A stretch of DNA of 64,000 bases from Nitrosopumilaceae archaeon. Lineage in GTDB: Archaea > Thermoproteota > Nitrososphaeria > Nitrososphaerales > Nitrosopumilaceae. Of this stretch, positions 42,165 through 52,691 are shown piece by piece. Position numbers and translations under genes: made by a program. Under the pieces are notes generated by a model. That model worked only from the letters and a program-made list of their open reading frames with translations, searched no databases and had not been told where the DNA came from. The number at the start of each line of letters is the position of its first letter. Position 1 is the stretch's first letter. The DNA lies in contig OZ242365.1 in NCBI GenBank assembly GCA_965208905.1, positions 2,080,001 through 2,144,000 on the forward strand, in the 5' to 3' direction.

Positions 42165-43367
42165 TCAATGCTTATCACTGGTAGTACCCAACAATTTACT
42201 TGCATCTTGCTTCCTATGGAGTAGTAGTGACATGCATGACACTATGGAGCCTATTATTAAGAACAACCAGTAGGGCGCTATGGACCCAAATGCGTTGGCA
42301 ACGTATCCTCCTGTGAGGGGCCCTAGAACCCATCCAACTCCAACCACCGCTGCAAAAGAGCCAATTATTTTGTTATGAATGCGCCTGTCTGTGCGTGAGA
42401 GGATTGCCTCTAGGCACATGGGATATATTATTGATATGCCTATTCCCAGCAGCACCATTGCTATAACGACGTAAAAGTATGATGTTTCAACTATGAATAT
42501 GGCCAGTGCTACAGTTATCATTACGGCGCATGCAGTAAGTGCTATGGGTGCATGATCGTGTATGCGTGGAACCAGCAGCATAGACAACATGCGCGAAACA
42601 CCATAAATTGCATACAGTATCAATATTGCAGATATGTCTATGCCCTGTTCGTTGAGAAATGCAGGATGTATTGTGAACAGGAGACCAAAAAGGGCAGTGC
42701 TGAGCACTAACAAAGACAATATAATTGGGAAATGAAATATCTTTGTCAATGACTTGAGGTCATAGCTGGGATGTTTTTTGGTGGGACGAGTATGTCGTGT
42801 CCAATAAGTCAGTATGACACTTGTCGTCATTATTACACCTGATATCTGAAATAGTAGGCGCAGGTCACCATCAAACACCTCTAGTACCAGAGCTCCCAGG
42901 AGAGGCCCCACCATCATCCCACCTACAAAGATCATTATCATACGTGCAATGTACTTTTTTCGGCGCCGGACATCAGTGGAGAGTAGTGACTCGCTGGCAG
43001 GCCAAAGAAATGAGTGCGAACTGCCTATTATCAGCTGCCATATTATCATCTCGAATACACTAGTCGAGATGGAGATCATAAAGAGCGGTATTACTCGCAG
43101 TAGAATGCCTAGTATCAACAAGTATACATTGTTTATTCGGTCCAGAAGTATTCCAATAAAGATGGGAATTATTACATATGGGAGAAATTTTGCCGTGCCC
43201 AGATTTCCAAGATCCTGATAGGTGGCGCCTATCTCGGTCTTTGCCAAGAGCGGGAATGCTTGGGCCTGTATGCCGATGGATATCCCCAATGTCGCTATAA
43301 TTATAAAGATAGCAATGGGGAGGCGCCTCATACGCAACATGTATTTTTGTATAATATATGTAAACAA
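42165..43367 (-). CDS. MFS transporter
   Basis: About 12 TMs, GILLDRI motif A variant, GPLLG, GPLTGG. Confidence 0.85.
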   Translation of the reverse strand: MFTYIIQKYMLRMRRLPIAIFIIIATLGISIGIQAQAFPLLAKTEIGATYQDLGNLGTAKFLPYVIIPIFIGILLDRINNVYLLILGILLRVIPLFMISISTSVFEMIIWQLIIGSSHSFLWPASESLLSTDVRRRKKYIARMIMIFVGGMMVGPLLGALVLEVFDGDLRLLFQISGVIMTTSVILTYWTRHTRPTKKHPSYDLKSLTKIFHFPIILSLLVLSTALFGLLFTIHPAFLNEQGIDISAILILYAIYGVSRMLSMLLVPRIHDHAPIALTACAVMITVALAIFIVETSYFYVVIAMVLLGIGISIIYPMCLEAILSRTDRRIHNKIIGSFAAVVGVGWVLGPLTGGYVANAFGSIAPYWLFLIIGSIVSCMSLLLHRKQDASKLLGTTSDKH

Positions 43368-43648
43368 TCATTTTTCGTTCTACTGCAATCTTTTAGCTTG
43401 CCAAAGAGTAAATCAAAAGTAATCCCCAACCTTAGAGTGTCAAGATAAAATACCAAATGATACTACAAAACAAAATCCAAACTTACTGACTCTGGTGGTT
43501 ATACTGTACGTCACTCCACATAGTCGCATACATTTATCGGCTAAAAATTCAAGCCAAAAAATTAAACACTACGCTGTACAGCCCAGTAACTCTTCGCTAG
43601 ACCATACATGCAACAACACCAAAATACAGATTATACATTTTATTTATT

Positions 43649-43927
43649 GTGAATCCAGATAGGTTGGCACTAACCAAACCAGAGATAGTTATGTTCTGTG
43701 ATCGGGTTATAAACAAGTGGTCGAAAGATACAACAAAGAATGCCAAAAATATACTGGCAATGAATGCCATAAAGACCAGTGTACTGTGGACTGATGATGA
43801 GACTCTCAAGGCGGTCTGGGGCGAGATAACAGGATGGATGTATGAGTTGCTGTACGAGAATGCCAAGGCTCAGGCCATGCAAGAGGGTGCAACATGGGCA
43901 GACACACTAAAAGATGTCAAAAGCTAG
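43649..43927 (+). CDS. Small hypothetical protein
   Basis: 92-aa helical ORF from GTG; its stop overlaps the purC stop. Confidence 0.6.
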   Translation: MNPDRLALTKPEIVMFCDRVINKWSKDTTKNAKNILAMNAIKTSVLWTDDETLKAVWGEITGWMYELLYENAKAQAMQEGATWADTLKDVKS

Positions 43928-44769
43928 ATATCAAGACCAGTTATTGCCGCATATGATGATATGTAGCGAGCAGTAATCTTTTCAGATATGTCCGAGGGTA
44001 TATCCGGCGGTTGTGACTCTACACCTAAAGACAAGTCATCCTGAAACTTTTTCTCCCAGCCTGCCTCTACAAGCCAGTCTCGAAGAATCTGTTTGTCGTA
44101 CGAGTCCTGCCTTTGGCCTACAACATACGAATCCTTAGGCCAGAGTCTGTATTCATCCGGACCAATAGAGTCGCCCAACAGTATCTGTCCGTCCATCATG
44201 CCAAACTCCAGTTTCAAGTCGGCCAGTATGAAACCGGCAGCATCCACCTGTTTTGCCATTGTCTTGTATATGGATATTGATACATCAGATAATGTGTCAT
44301 ACTGGTGTGCAGTTACAAGACCTGATTCAATGGCGTATTGACGGCTTATAGGCCGGTCATGTTTTGACTTTGTTGTGGGATCAAAGATGGGACTTGCAAG
44401 CTGGGAGGCAAGCTCTGTATCGCTGTTGGGAGGAAGATCCACCTGATTGTTCTTAAATCGACTCATCAGGCTACCATACAGATATCCGCGTACGACACAC
44501 TCTAACGGAATCATATCCATCTTCTTTACCAACATCTCAGTATCGGATAGACTACATACAAAGTGATTCGGGACGGATATGTTTCTGAACCAATACTGCG
44601 CAAACTTGCACAGAACCTCACCCTTGCGGGGTATAATATCATGAAACTGGACATCAAACGCAGACACCCTATCTGAGAAACGGAACATTAGTGTGCCATC
44701 TCCCATGTCGTAGACATCTTTGACCTTGCCAGAGTTTAAAAAGCGAGGCGGAGTAGTATTATACGTCAA
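43924..44769 (-). CDS. purC: SAICAR synthetase
   Basis: SGKVKDVY, SDRVSAFD, PLECVVRGYLYGS, DLKLEFG, PDEYRLW, DKQILRDW. Confidence 0.95.
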   Translation of the reverse strand: MTYNTTPPRFLNSGKVKDVYDMGDGTLMFRFSDRVSAFDVQFHDIIPRKGEVLCKFAQYWFRNISVPNHFVCSLSDTEMLVKKMDMIPLECVVRGYLYGSLMSRFKNNQVDLPPNSDTELASQLASPIFDPTTKSKHDRPISRQYAIESGLVTAHQYDTLSDVSISIYKTMAKQVDAAGFILADLKLEFGMMDGQILLGDSIGPDEYRLWPKDSYVVGQRQDSYDKQILRDWLVEAGWEKKFQDDLSLGVESQPPDIPSDISEKITARYISSYAAITGLDI

Positions 44770-45155
44770 GATCCCATCATACCCACCATCTTTGGTAGTT
44801 CGCGATACCCCTTGCTTACAAATACTCCATTATCTGCAGTAACCTGGACAAACTCCATACCGTTGTCAGGGGGCGGGGATAATATTATCTTCTTGCCTGG
44901 ACTCAAGGAGCCCAGCTCCAATACATCCCCTTCTCCAAAGTTTACGCGTACATTGGTTAGTGGCTGTGAACCTGTATTCTGTACTGTAATGCGGCCTGTG
45001 ATGAACAGGTTTTGCTTGTCTATAATTGGATCAACGAATATATCATAGTCCTGAGTCGATACTGTCATCTTTAACAAGTCTAAGCCAAATATTACTGCCA
45101 TAGCCCCAATAACTGCTATAACAGCCCCCACCATTACCGCATATTGGTTCAACAA
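44766..45155 (-). CDS. Membrane-anchored hypothetical protein with Ig-like domain
   Basis: N-terminal TM, ITVQNTGSQPLTNV; overlaps the purC start. Confidence 0.7.
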   Translation of the reverse strand: MLNQYAVMVGAVIAVIGAMAVIFGLDLLKMTVSTQDYDIFVDPIIDKQNLFITGRITVQNTGSQPLTNVRVNFGEGDVLELGSLSPGKKIILSPPPDNGMEFVQVTADNGVFVSKGYRELPKMVGMMGS

Positions 45156-45413
45156 TATAGTAAAGCGGTTCTTTACATTTATCTTTGTCCACTAAGACTG
45201 CCACCATATAACTACTCAGATGTGTCCTGAGAACGGGCTTCTTCAAGGTAGGCGCGCCGCATTTCATTGATCATTTCGCGATCAACTTCGGGCTCGTCTT
45301 CTACAACCACTATTCCCATATCATCATAATCGTCGGGTAACTGCTTGGTGTTGTTTATGCTTTCCAATTTTTATTCAAAAAATAATCGCCGTAATTAAGG
45401 GTTTTCTTTTTTA

Positions 45414-45617
45414 GGTTCTGGGAAATCAGTGGGACATGACGTATGGTGGGAAATTAGGGACATAGTTGGTGGTTGTTAAGTTAACGTGAGTCGGGGGGCT
45501 GGTAAGTTGGCGTGTGTTGGGTGAGGGTGGAAAGTACGTGTGTTGGGGATCTTCTCAAGAATGAAAAAGGAAGTAGATGGTTAGGCTCCGGCCCCGACCC
45601 ATAGCCTGGCTAGTTGC
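45414..45617. repeat. Stack of short IS-end-like motifs at the left edge of the defence island
   Basis: Copy of 15793-15843 followed by units such as GGGCTGGTAAGTT and GGATCTTCTCAAG. Confidence 0.6.
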
Positions 45618-45718
45618 CAAAGAAGGGGCAAATCAGTCACCCACCTAAACTGTTTGTGGGTTTAAATTATTTGCAGGTAAATTCCTACCAATCAACAGGC
45701 ATTCACACATTACTATCT

Positions 45719-46453
45719 CTAGCTATTTTTGTGTCTTGGTGGTGATTCTACACCGTCAAGATTTCTGAACGTATCCAGTGGCGGTTTGGGTATTTTTTTT
45801 TCCGTACGCTTGTATTGTTTCTTTGAAACTTGATCAATGTACCCAAAATGTGACAACATGTCAATTATTGCATGTATTGGCTGCCTGTTTTCTACAATTT
45901 TCTTTCCTAAAACTGTCAACTCAGCCTTTGAAAATGCTTCACCTTTAAAATGAGAATCAATTCCTCTAATTGCTCTTGCCAATAATGATTCGGGGTTATG
46001 AAATGAACCCAAGTTGATAGCACGTCTTTTGATTCCATTGACACTAACATAACAAATGTAGATGCTTGTATCATAGATATTTTTATGATATGCATACTTG
46101 GCTTTTATTCCCTTTATCATTTTTTGACCATACGTTTCTTTAAAAGGCAGTCTTTCATAATTTGCCTTCAACGAGTCTTCATACGATGACGAGTCTACAA
46201 AGGATTTATCTGGATTAATAATCTGTTTAACATCTCTGATTAGATTCAGATTAAGAAAAATTTGTTCGCCATAGGAGGTAGGCTTTGCGATGATTAGATT
46301 TCTCTTAATTAATTCGTCTAGTGCTGATCTGCCTTGACCTCTATCACTTTTTGGAAACCCTTTGAGAGTGTTTTCTTTAGAGGTGTGTTTACCGCCAATA
46401 CATCTTAGATTGTACAATCGTTTAAGCACAGTTTTGTGATACTTGTTATACAT
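45719..46453 (-). CDS. Basic hypothetical protein with an IGGKHT...KGFPK N-terminal domain
   Basis: 244-aa AT-rich ORF, divergent from a wHTH gene. Confidence 0.7.
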   Translation of the reverse strand: MYNKYHKTVLKRLYNLRCIGGKHTSKENTLKGFPKSDRGQGRSALDELIKRNLIIAKPTSYGEQIFLNLNLIRDVKQIINPDKSFVDSSSYEDSLKANYERLPFKETYGQKMIKGIKAKYAYHKNIYDTSIYICYVSVNGIKRRAINLGSFHNPESLLARAIRGIDSHFKGEAFSKAELTVLGKKIVENRQPIHAIIDMLSHFGYIDQVSKKQYKRTEKKIPKPPLDTFRNLDGVESPPRHKNS

Positions 46454-46586
46454 TTTAGCTATAATAGCACTTAGGTGTCAGTATTTATAAGCATTGTGCC
46501 ATAAAAGTCACAATATGTGTATCAAATTGTAGTACATGAGTTATTAAAACCCAACCTTTATGTGTAAGTATATGTCATAACATGTA

Positions 46587-46985
46587 ATGAATGAGCAGGT
46601 TATGGGATCCAAAGATGCAAGTACGTTAGAATGGCTAATTTCTGGTAATGCTAGTGCGAAGTTGCTGGATTTTTTCATAACATACAGAGATTTCGATTAC
46701 TCAGAAACAGACATTGCAGAATCTTCAAGAGTTTCTAAAAGAACCGTTTTTAGGGAACTGCCAAAATTCCAATCAGCAGGACTGATAAAATTCACAAGAA
46801 ACGTGGGACGTGCAAAAATGTTTAAGCTTGATCCAGAATCCGAGGCAGCAAAACTGTTAGAAAGGTTTGTTTTTGAAGTTGCAACAAGAAGAATAGATGG
46901 GGTTCTTGCTAAGGAAACAATGCAGGAACGTATTGATGTAGCCACAGAAAGAAGCCAAGAAACCCCATTAAGAAATAGCATGTAG
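46587..46985 (+). CDS. Winged-helix transcriptional regulator
   Basis: DYSETDIAESSRVSKRTVFRELPKF...LIKFTRNVGRAKMFKL. Confidence 0.8.
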   Translation: MNEQVMGSKDASTLEWLISGNASAKLLDFFITYRDFDYSETDIAESSRVSKRTVFRELPKFQSAGLIKFTRNVGRAKMFKLDPESEAAKLLERFVFEVATRRIDGVLAKETMQERIDVATERSQETPLRNSM

Positions 46986-47529
46986 GATCACTCATTTTCT
47001 ATAATCAACCACGGTATTAAAAAATTAGGAAAGCGGCTTCATCCAGCAGCCGTCCCTGCCGTTAGGCAGCCAGCTGAATCCGCTCAGTCTCAGGATGTCG
47101 TTTATCTCGCGCCATACCGGCTTGCCAATCCATCCCTTTGGCACCGTCCTGATGCAGTCGACCTCGTTTGAGATCGTGACCTTTTTGATCCTTTTTCACA
47201 GCCGGCGCGCAAAGTTGTCTTTTTGCGCACCCTGCGAGATCAGTTCCTTGATCTTGTCCCTTCCGAGGCCTAGCCTACATAGGTGGAAATATAGGTCAGG
47301 TCAGCATTTCTTCCCACTTCGGGTCAGCACTTTCCCTAGGTCAGCATTTCTCCCCAGTCCCCCCAGAGTGGAAATTGTGGTTGGTACCGCCGTTTCCACT
47401 CCGCAGCACGAAATTTTCGGACATACATTTTACTCCATGTATCTTTTTTGACAGCCGTGGACCATTACCGTTTTTTGATAGTCCACGGATCGCGGAATGT
47501 TTAAGGATTGGTGGGTGGGATTCTACCTA

Positions 47530-47829
47530 ATGCCGATAACGCCAGAGGAATGGGATAGTGGTCGGGTGGACGTTTCTACCACCATACGAACAAAAATCTT
47601 GAACTTCCTTGATGATGGGAACGCATACAGTTGTAAGGAGATTTTATGTGGACTAAACCCACAAGATGAATATATCTTGCACAGGGAATTTCCGGGGATG
47701 TTAAACAACATGGCCCATACACTACGTGTAATGGTCGACGACGGACAACTTGAGACCAAAAGCGTGATGTTGTCGAGGGGGCAGAACCAGAAAAATGTCG
47801 ACTACTATCGCAAACCAAAATCCACCTGA
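47530..47829 (+). CDS. Small wHTH-like hypothetical protein
   Basis: KILNFLDDGNAYSCKEI...LRVMVDDGQLE...YYR. Confidence 0.55.
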   Translation: MPITPEEWDSGRVDVSTTIRTKILNFLDDGNAYSCKEILCGLNPQDEYILHREFPGMLNNMAHTLRVMVDDGQLETKSVMLSRGQNQKNVDYYRKPKST

Positions 47830-48028
47830 ACATCCCACACGGTTCGGCGCTTGTGCGTATGTGGTTGGTGGATAACACGTCCTTTGGACAAAAACCATAT
47901 CCGTCGCTTTCTACCATGATTCGTGTCCTCGGAACCTACTAGAACCACCGTGATTGGTTGGGAAGTTGTGTGAGTATGGCATCAACCGAAAAAGAGAGAT
48001 ATGATCCTTAACAGGTAACGTTTCTGCT

Positions 48029-49105
48029 CTAGCCGTGGTCATGGGGAGGTGTGAATGCCAGAGCACCGTTCTTTACAAACCCATAGGCAGCCTTCAGTGA
48101 GGCCCGTACCACATCAATGTTGTTCGGCTCGAACCACTGTTCCACCAACACGATCCCCTCACCGGCGGTCTTGATGGTCTGACCGTTGAAGTCTGTGGTT
48201 TTGATCTCGGCGTTGGATATGCGTGTTATGTCGGTCGCGGCTTCGGGCGAAACAGAGATTAGCGCCATCCCCTTCTTCAACCTGTTCTTGATTATGCCTA
48301 CTATCTCTGCATCTCTGTACGAGAACCCAATCACCAACAACACGTCAACCCTGTCAACCTCCTTCTTGAAACGCTCAAACAGTGAGTGAAACGGCTCATC
48401 ACCGTAGTTTTTCGAGCCTTCGGTGGGGGCGATAACAATATCTTTTTTGCCACCTCTCGGTGCAGGCACGCCGGCTTCCACAATCTGACCGTCAACATCC
48501 TCGTGCCAAAATATGGAGCCGTGTAGTTTTAACAGGCGCATGTAGTTGGTGGCATCGATTGACCACCTGTCTGCCCAAATGAAGATCCCGCGGCCACCCT
48601 CCACGAATCCATTGACAACGCTTAGATTTTTCTTGTAGCAGTACCTCTCCAGCACATTATCGTAGTTGGTCGTAAATACTAGAAATTCATCCGCACTACT
48701 GTCGTTCACAATAGCTCTGACCATATCGTACATCCATACAATCTGATTGTCAACAATCGATTTTATGACGAATGATTCAAACAGAACGTCGCTGATGATG
48801 GACTGAGTATGCCTCAATTCGTCAAGTGTCTGCTTGAACGTGTTGTCGCTACCATGCAGTACGTTAAAAATCGGCTTAATGTTGGGTGTATCGTTGGACA
48901 AGCGTAGCACCCTATCTATCCCATCGTACAATTTCTCGACATCTGAGTAGTCACCTTTGTCGATGATGGTTTTAGTGATTTGACTCATGCCACGCCCGCC
49001 CTTCTCATTGCTGACACGCGTCCGCACACTGTCCATCAACTCTACCGTGGTGGGCAGACCTGCAAACGCCGAGGCCCCGGCTCCGAGAAACAGGGCGGTC
49101 TTCAT
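48029..49105 (-). CDS. SIR2-like (SIR2_2) protein, defence-type NADase candidate
   Basis: LFLGAGAS..AGLP, FTTNYD, LLKLHGS, LLVIGFSYRD. Confidence 0.88.
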   Translation of the reverse strand: MKTALFLGAGASAFAGLPTTVELMDSVRTRVSNEKGGRGMSQITKTIIDKGDYSDVEKLYDGIDRVLRLSNDTPNIKPIFNVLHGSDNTFKQTLDELRHTQSIISDVLFESFVIKSIVDNQIVWMYDMVRAIVNDSSADEFLVFTTNYDNVLERYCYKKNLSVVNGFVEGGRGIFIWADRWSIDATNYMRLLKLHGSIFWHEDVDGQIVEAGVPAPRGGKKDIVIAPTEGSKNYGDEPFHSLFERFKKEVDRVDVLLVIGFSYRDAEIVGIIKNRLKKGMALISVSPEAATDITRISNAEIKTTDFNGQTIKTAGEGIVLVEQWFEPNNIDVVRASLKAAYGFVKNGALAFTPPHDHG

Positions 49106-49147
49106 GTACCATACGGGAGGAATGATGTCATAAATCCTTTTGCGGTC

Positions 49148-49710
49148 TGGGGGGCTGTAACATCTTAGAGGGATGAGGTACGTCTGGTGGGACTGTAACA
49201 AGAGGGGGATGGCCTCACACCAGGGCTGTAAAGTTGACGGGACATAAAGTCAGGGACATGGGATCTTCTCAAGAATAGCACGGGGGTTAAATCTGTGACC
49301 TGACGCACTTTCCCTTCCGAATTATTCAATACTGTGAAAAGGTAATTCTCTTGTGTCGTATTCATCAGCACCATGTCTTACTCCCCCAGAAGGAGACTTT
49401 ACGGGGAATGTATGCGCCCATTATGTGATAACTTTGCAATCCTCGGGGGGCTGTAAAGTTACTGTGTACTAGATGGCACTGTAAAGTTGTGTGCTGGGAT
49501 CAGATCTTCTCAAGGTTCCGGAAAGTTGCAGGAGTGTGGGCCAGAGTAGAAAGCAAGGGAGGTTCTGTGAAATTGGTGGGACGTGGGCTAGGGTGCTACG
49601 AAGCCCGTCACGAACCACGGTTCTGGGAAATCTGCGTGTGATGTGTAATCCTGTCAAAAACGTGTGATGAATCTTCAAGAACATGAGCCGGAGTGGAAAG
49701 ATGGGGCCGG
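49148..49710. repeat. Stack of short IS-end-like motifs
   Basis: GGGCTGTAAAGTT, GGCACTGTAAAGTT, GGTTCTG(T/G)GAAAT and GATCTTCTCAAG units, all in the same orientation. Confidence 0.6.
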
Positions 49711-49719
49711 AGTAGGGCG

Positions 49720-50643
49720 CTAACTTGGTGGCTTGGTTGGTTGGAAGTCTACCTTGAAGTCAGATTGCATTAGGCCAGCAGTCATCACCAGTTTGTTCGC
49801 GTATCGGATGATGTTAGACGGGCCAACATTGGTGAAGACATAAAGTTTCCCGATTTCTCGATAAGTACTAAACAACTTACCAGTGGGATGTTTTGGTTCT
49901 ACATGCAGTAGGTAGTTCCTTGGACCAATACGGATGGGACAATGCTGTGCGGTAAGGTGTCCGTTGTTAATCAACCACTCGGCCACACTACCCAACAGGT
50001 CCACCCATGACTCTAAGGCCTTTTGGCTACCATCTCTGTGTATGAGAATTTTGGGATGACTGGACCCCTTCTTGTAGGTGACATTTTCCAGCACAATCCC
50101 AGGCACATGCCTAATTGGTGGTCTTGTCTCCGGATGCAGCATCTCGTACATCTCATCGATCTTCTTAATTGGCGTGATCGTGTGTCGCGGCATGTTCCCC
50201 AACACAACGACCCGGTGCAGGCGTATGGCCTTAGATATCACCATCCCCTCTGAATCAGTGACATCAAACTCGGCCTCCGGACTCTTTGTTGTGGCGTTGG
50301 CATCATACATCCTCCATTTCCGCCCGTTTGTCAACACACCATATCTTACATTACGCCCCCTAACATAGTCAATTAGTTTATCCGTGTACTTGTCTAAATT
50401 CTCGTCCAACTTCTTGGCCTCGACAATCATGGCCTTGTGCCCAAGGGTGTAGTCAGTCTTGCCACCGGGACCGGTGTTGTCTTCCGGTACCACCTCACTG
50501 GGGTTGGACAAGTCCCAATCCAGTTCGCGCAACAATGGATCAATCAATGCATACCGGGTCATCGTTTCGTTCTTGGAGAGTGCTACCTCATGAACATTGA
50601 TTGTCTGCTGAATCTTCGCAATCACGTCAAGGAACTCCTGCAT
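49720..50643 (-). CDS. HsdR_N-like PD-(D/E)xK nuclease fused to a C-terminal putative DNA-reader domain
   Basis: NETMTRYALIDPLLRELDW, KTDY, IVEAKK, YGVLTNGRKW. Confidence 0.8.
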   Translation of the reverse strand: MQEFLDVIAKIQQTINVHEVALSKNETMTRYALIDPLLRELDWDLSNPSEVVPEDNTGPGGKTDYTLGHKAMIVEAKKLDENLDKYTDKLIDYVRGRNVRYGVLTNGRKWRMYDANATTKSPEAEFDVTDSEGMVISKAIRLHRVVVLGNMPRHTITPIKKIDEMYEMLHPETRPPIRHVPGIVLENVTYKKGSSHPKILIHRDGSQKALESWVDLLGSVAEWLINNGHLTAQHCPIRIGPRNYLLHVEPKHPTGKLFSTYREIGKLYVFTNVGPSNIIRYANKLVMTAGLMQSDFKVDFQPTKPPS

Positions 50644-51059
50644 GGTTCTATGCCTGCCGTACCTGCATATAAGCATGTAATTGTCTGGGGACTGCCACAT
50701 CTACGTCACCTAGGTAACACGCGTCACCTACGGATCTTCTCAAGATGGCTGTATGATCCTGCTGACCTAGCCGAGACTGTATAATTGCTGACCTAGAGTG
50801 GGAATGGGGGTTTTCGTACATCAGGTGTGTGGAGTGGAAATCTAGTGAGATGGAAATTGTACGTTTGGAATGAACATCCCCGACCCCATTGAAGCTAGTT
50901 CCTTAAATGGGATGAGTATGATAGAGTGGTATGGGAATATATTTCGCTGAGGAGGAACTGGTGGTGTCCTTAGAGTCTTACGAAAACCTACACTACTGAT
51001 GAAAACATCTACTCGTACTCAACATTTAGCAGATGAACAGTGCAGAAACACTTTCCCTG

Positions 51060-52691
51060 CTACCTCCAAACACTAACCATTCCAAACGCTTCATTTAGCA
51101 CTCTTTCAATCTCCAATTCATTGGCTTCGCCGCCAGAGCTACTTTCTTGGAGTTTCGACTCAACCAATTCGAGCACGATTTTAGTTTTGGTTTTTCCTAT
51201 AACACGGAAAAGCCCGTTATGATATTTGGTCCCGTAGGCATCCTCAATTGCTTTAATGAGTCCTTTTTTGGGTTGCTCTTGTTTTGCTATTTCATCATCA
51301 GATACGCTTTGTCCATACTTCTTTAGGTGAGAATTTATCAGATTGATTATAGACTCTCGCTCAAAATTGTCTCCTTCAAAGCTGGTGTTCCATATGTGGT
51401 GTTTAAATTCCCCGCCAAATCTCTGTTGTATTCGTCTAAGCTCGGTTTTCCAGTTCAACTCATCATCAGCAATCAAGTATATTGCAATCGAGTCTATGCG
51501 AGCAGATTGAATTATAAAATCAATGTTGTTGGCAATCATGTTGGTTACACCTTTTCTATTAACTATCCTCACAACGTCATCATCAAGACTGATCCCACGT
51601 TTTTTACAAATTTTTTTGATTACCGCCTCTTCCGTTTTACCCTCTACCAAGAGGTAAAGTCTGGTTGAAGTATCCTGTACAAAATACCGAACTATTGCCT
51701 GTTTGGTCTTGTGCGTCTTATAGTCGAATGGTTTCGAATACACGCGCTCTTTCCATTCGGCATTATCAAAGGGCATATTCGGAACACCGGTCTTCCCATC
51801 CAACTCGTGCAGAAACAACGCCAGCATCCGCGCAGCCGTGTAGTATAACTGCGCAGTGTAAGCATCCCCTTTTATTTTCTCTACGACTGATGGTCGCATA
51901 ATTCTGATCAGATCATACCATTCCATTAATGGATCAAGGAAACGTACCTGCGCGTCAAACCGATTAAGAGTACGACGAACTTGTTCTATTGGAACCCCGA
52001 TATCTTCCAAAAGATCGCTGACACTAAAACTGTTTCTCCACTCTAACCACATCTCTTGGAAGCGCTTGATGCCAACGGTAAGAGGGAACGGTATGGAATT
52101 GTAAACGTAAACTGAATAGCGTTCCTCCAATAGCATTAGCATTCCTATATCTTTGATTATATCTAGCTGCGATGAGTTAAACCAGTCGTCTCTCAACATG
52201 TTAGTCTCAACATTGTTCATCACTTGTTTAAGGTCTGATTTAGTGTATGAATCAAAGTATAAAAAGCGAACTTCTTTGAAATGAAATATGTTCTTGACTT
52301 GAAGGATTTGGAATTTGTGATAAAAGAGCAGTTTTTTGTCGCGTTTTAAGCTTTTGGGCTCGGACTTGAAATTACTCCACGGTTCAAAGTCTCCGACCTG
52401 TGGAAGCTCTATATGCCCAGCTGCATAGAATTCCTGGATGGCATCAAGTCCATAATACAGATCTCCACGCCGCTGCTGTTCGGGCAAAACCAGCCGGAAA
52501 GCCGGCTGGAGCCACCCTTCACGTTCAAAGCTTTCCAAATCTTCTTCTCTAATTCTGATCCCATGTTTCTCTAGCAAACGGACGAATCCATGTGGTTGTT
52601 CAAAGTCGCCATGCATGTATGGCCGCATCATTTTTTTCCGGATGTACGGCGAGAGTCCAGCATCCATGTCATGGAGAAGCGTATGAGGCAA
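51060..52691 (-). CDS. Hypothetical protein with C-terminal TOPRIM (OLD-like) domain
   Basis: LYLLVEGKTEE, RKGV, YLIADDE, SFEGDNF; no Walker A motif seen. Confidence 0.72.
   Translation of the reverse strand: MPHTLLHDMDAGLSPYIRKKMMRPYMHGDFEQPHGFVRLLEKHGIRIREEDLESFEREGWLQPAFRLVLPEQQRRGDLYYGLDAIQEFYAAGHIELPQVGDFEPWSNFKSEPKSLKRDKKLLFYHKFQILQVKNIFHFKEVRFLYFDSYTKSDLKQVMNNVETNMLRDDWFNSSQLDIIKDIGMLMLLEERYSVYVYNSIPFPLTVGIKRFQEMWLEWRNSFSVSDLLEDIGVPIEQVRRTLNRFDAQVRFLDPLMEWYDLIRIMRPSVVEKIKGDAYTAQLYYTAARMLALFLHELDGKTGVPNMPFDNAEWKERVYSKPFDYKTHKTKQAIVRYFVQDTSTRLYLLVEGKTEEAVIKKICKKRGISLDDDVVRIVNRKGVTNMIANNIDFIIQSARIDSIAIYLIADDELNWKTELRRIQQRFGGEFKHHIWNTSFEGDNFERESIINLINSHLKKYGQSVSDDEIAKQEQPKKGLIKAIEDAYGTKYHNGLFRVIGKTKTKIVLELVESKLQESSSGGEANELEIERVLNEAFGMVSVWR

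Noticed and set aside
47026-47270. Minus-strand coding-like stretch (…GWIGKPVWREINDILRLSGFSW…)
   Set aside because: Contains an internal stop, has no start and cannot be assigned; treated as an unannotated fragment
45414-50905. Repeated intergenic motifs read as a CRISPR array
   Set aside because: The units are heterogeneous, have no constant repeat or regular spacer length, and no cas genes are present
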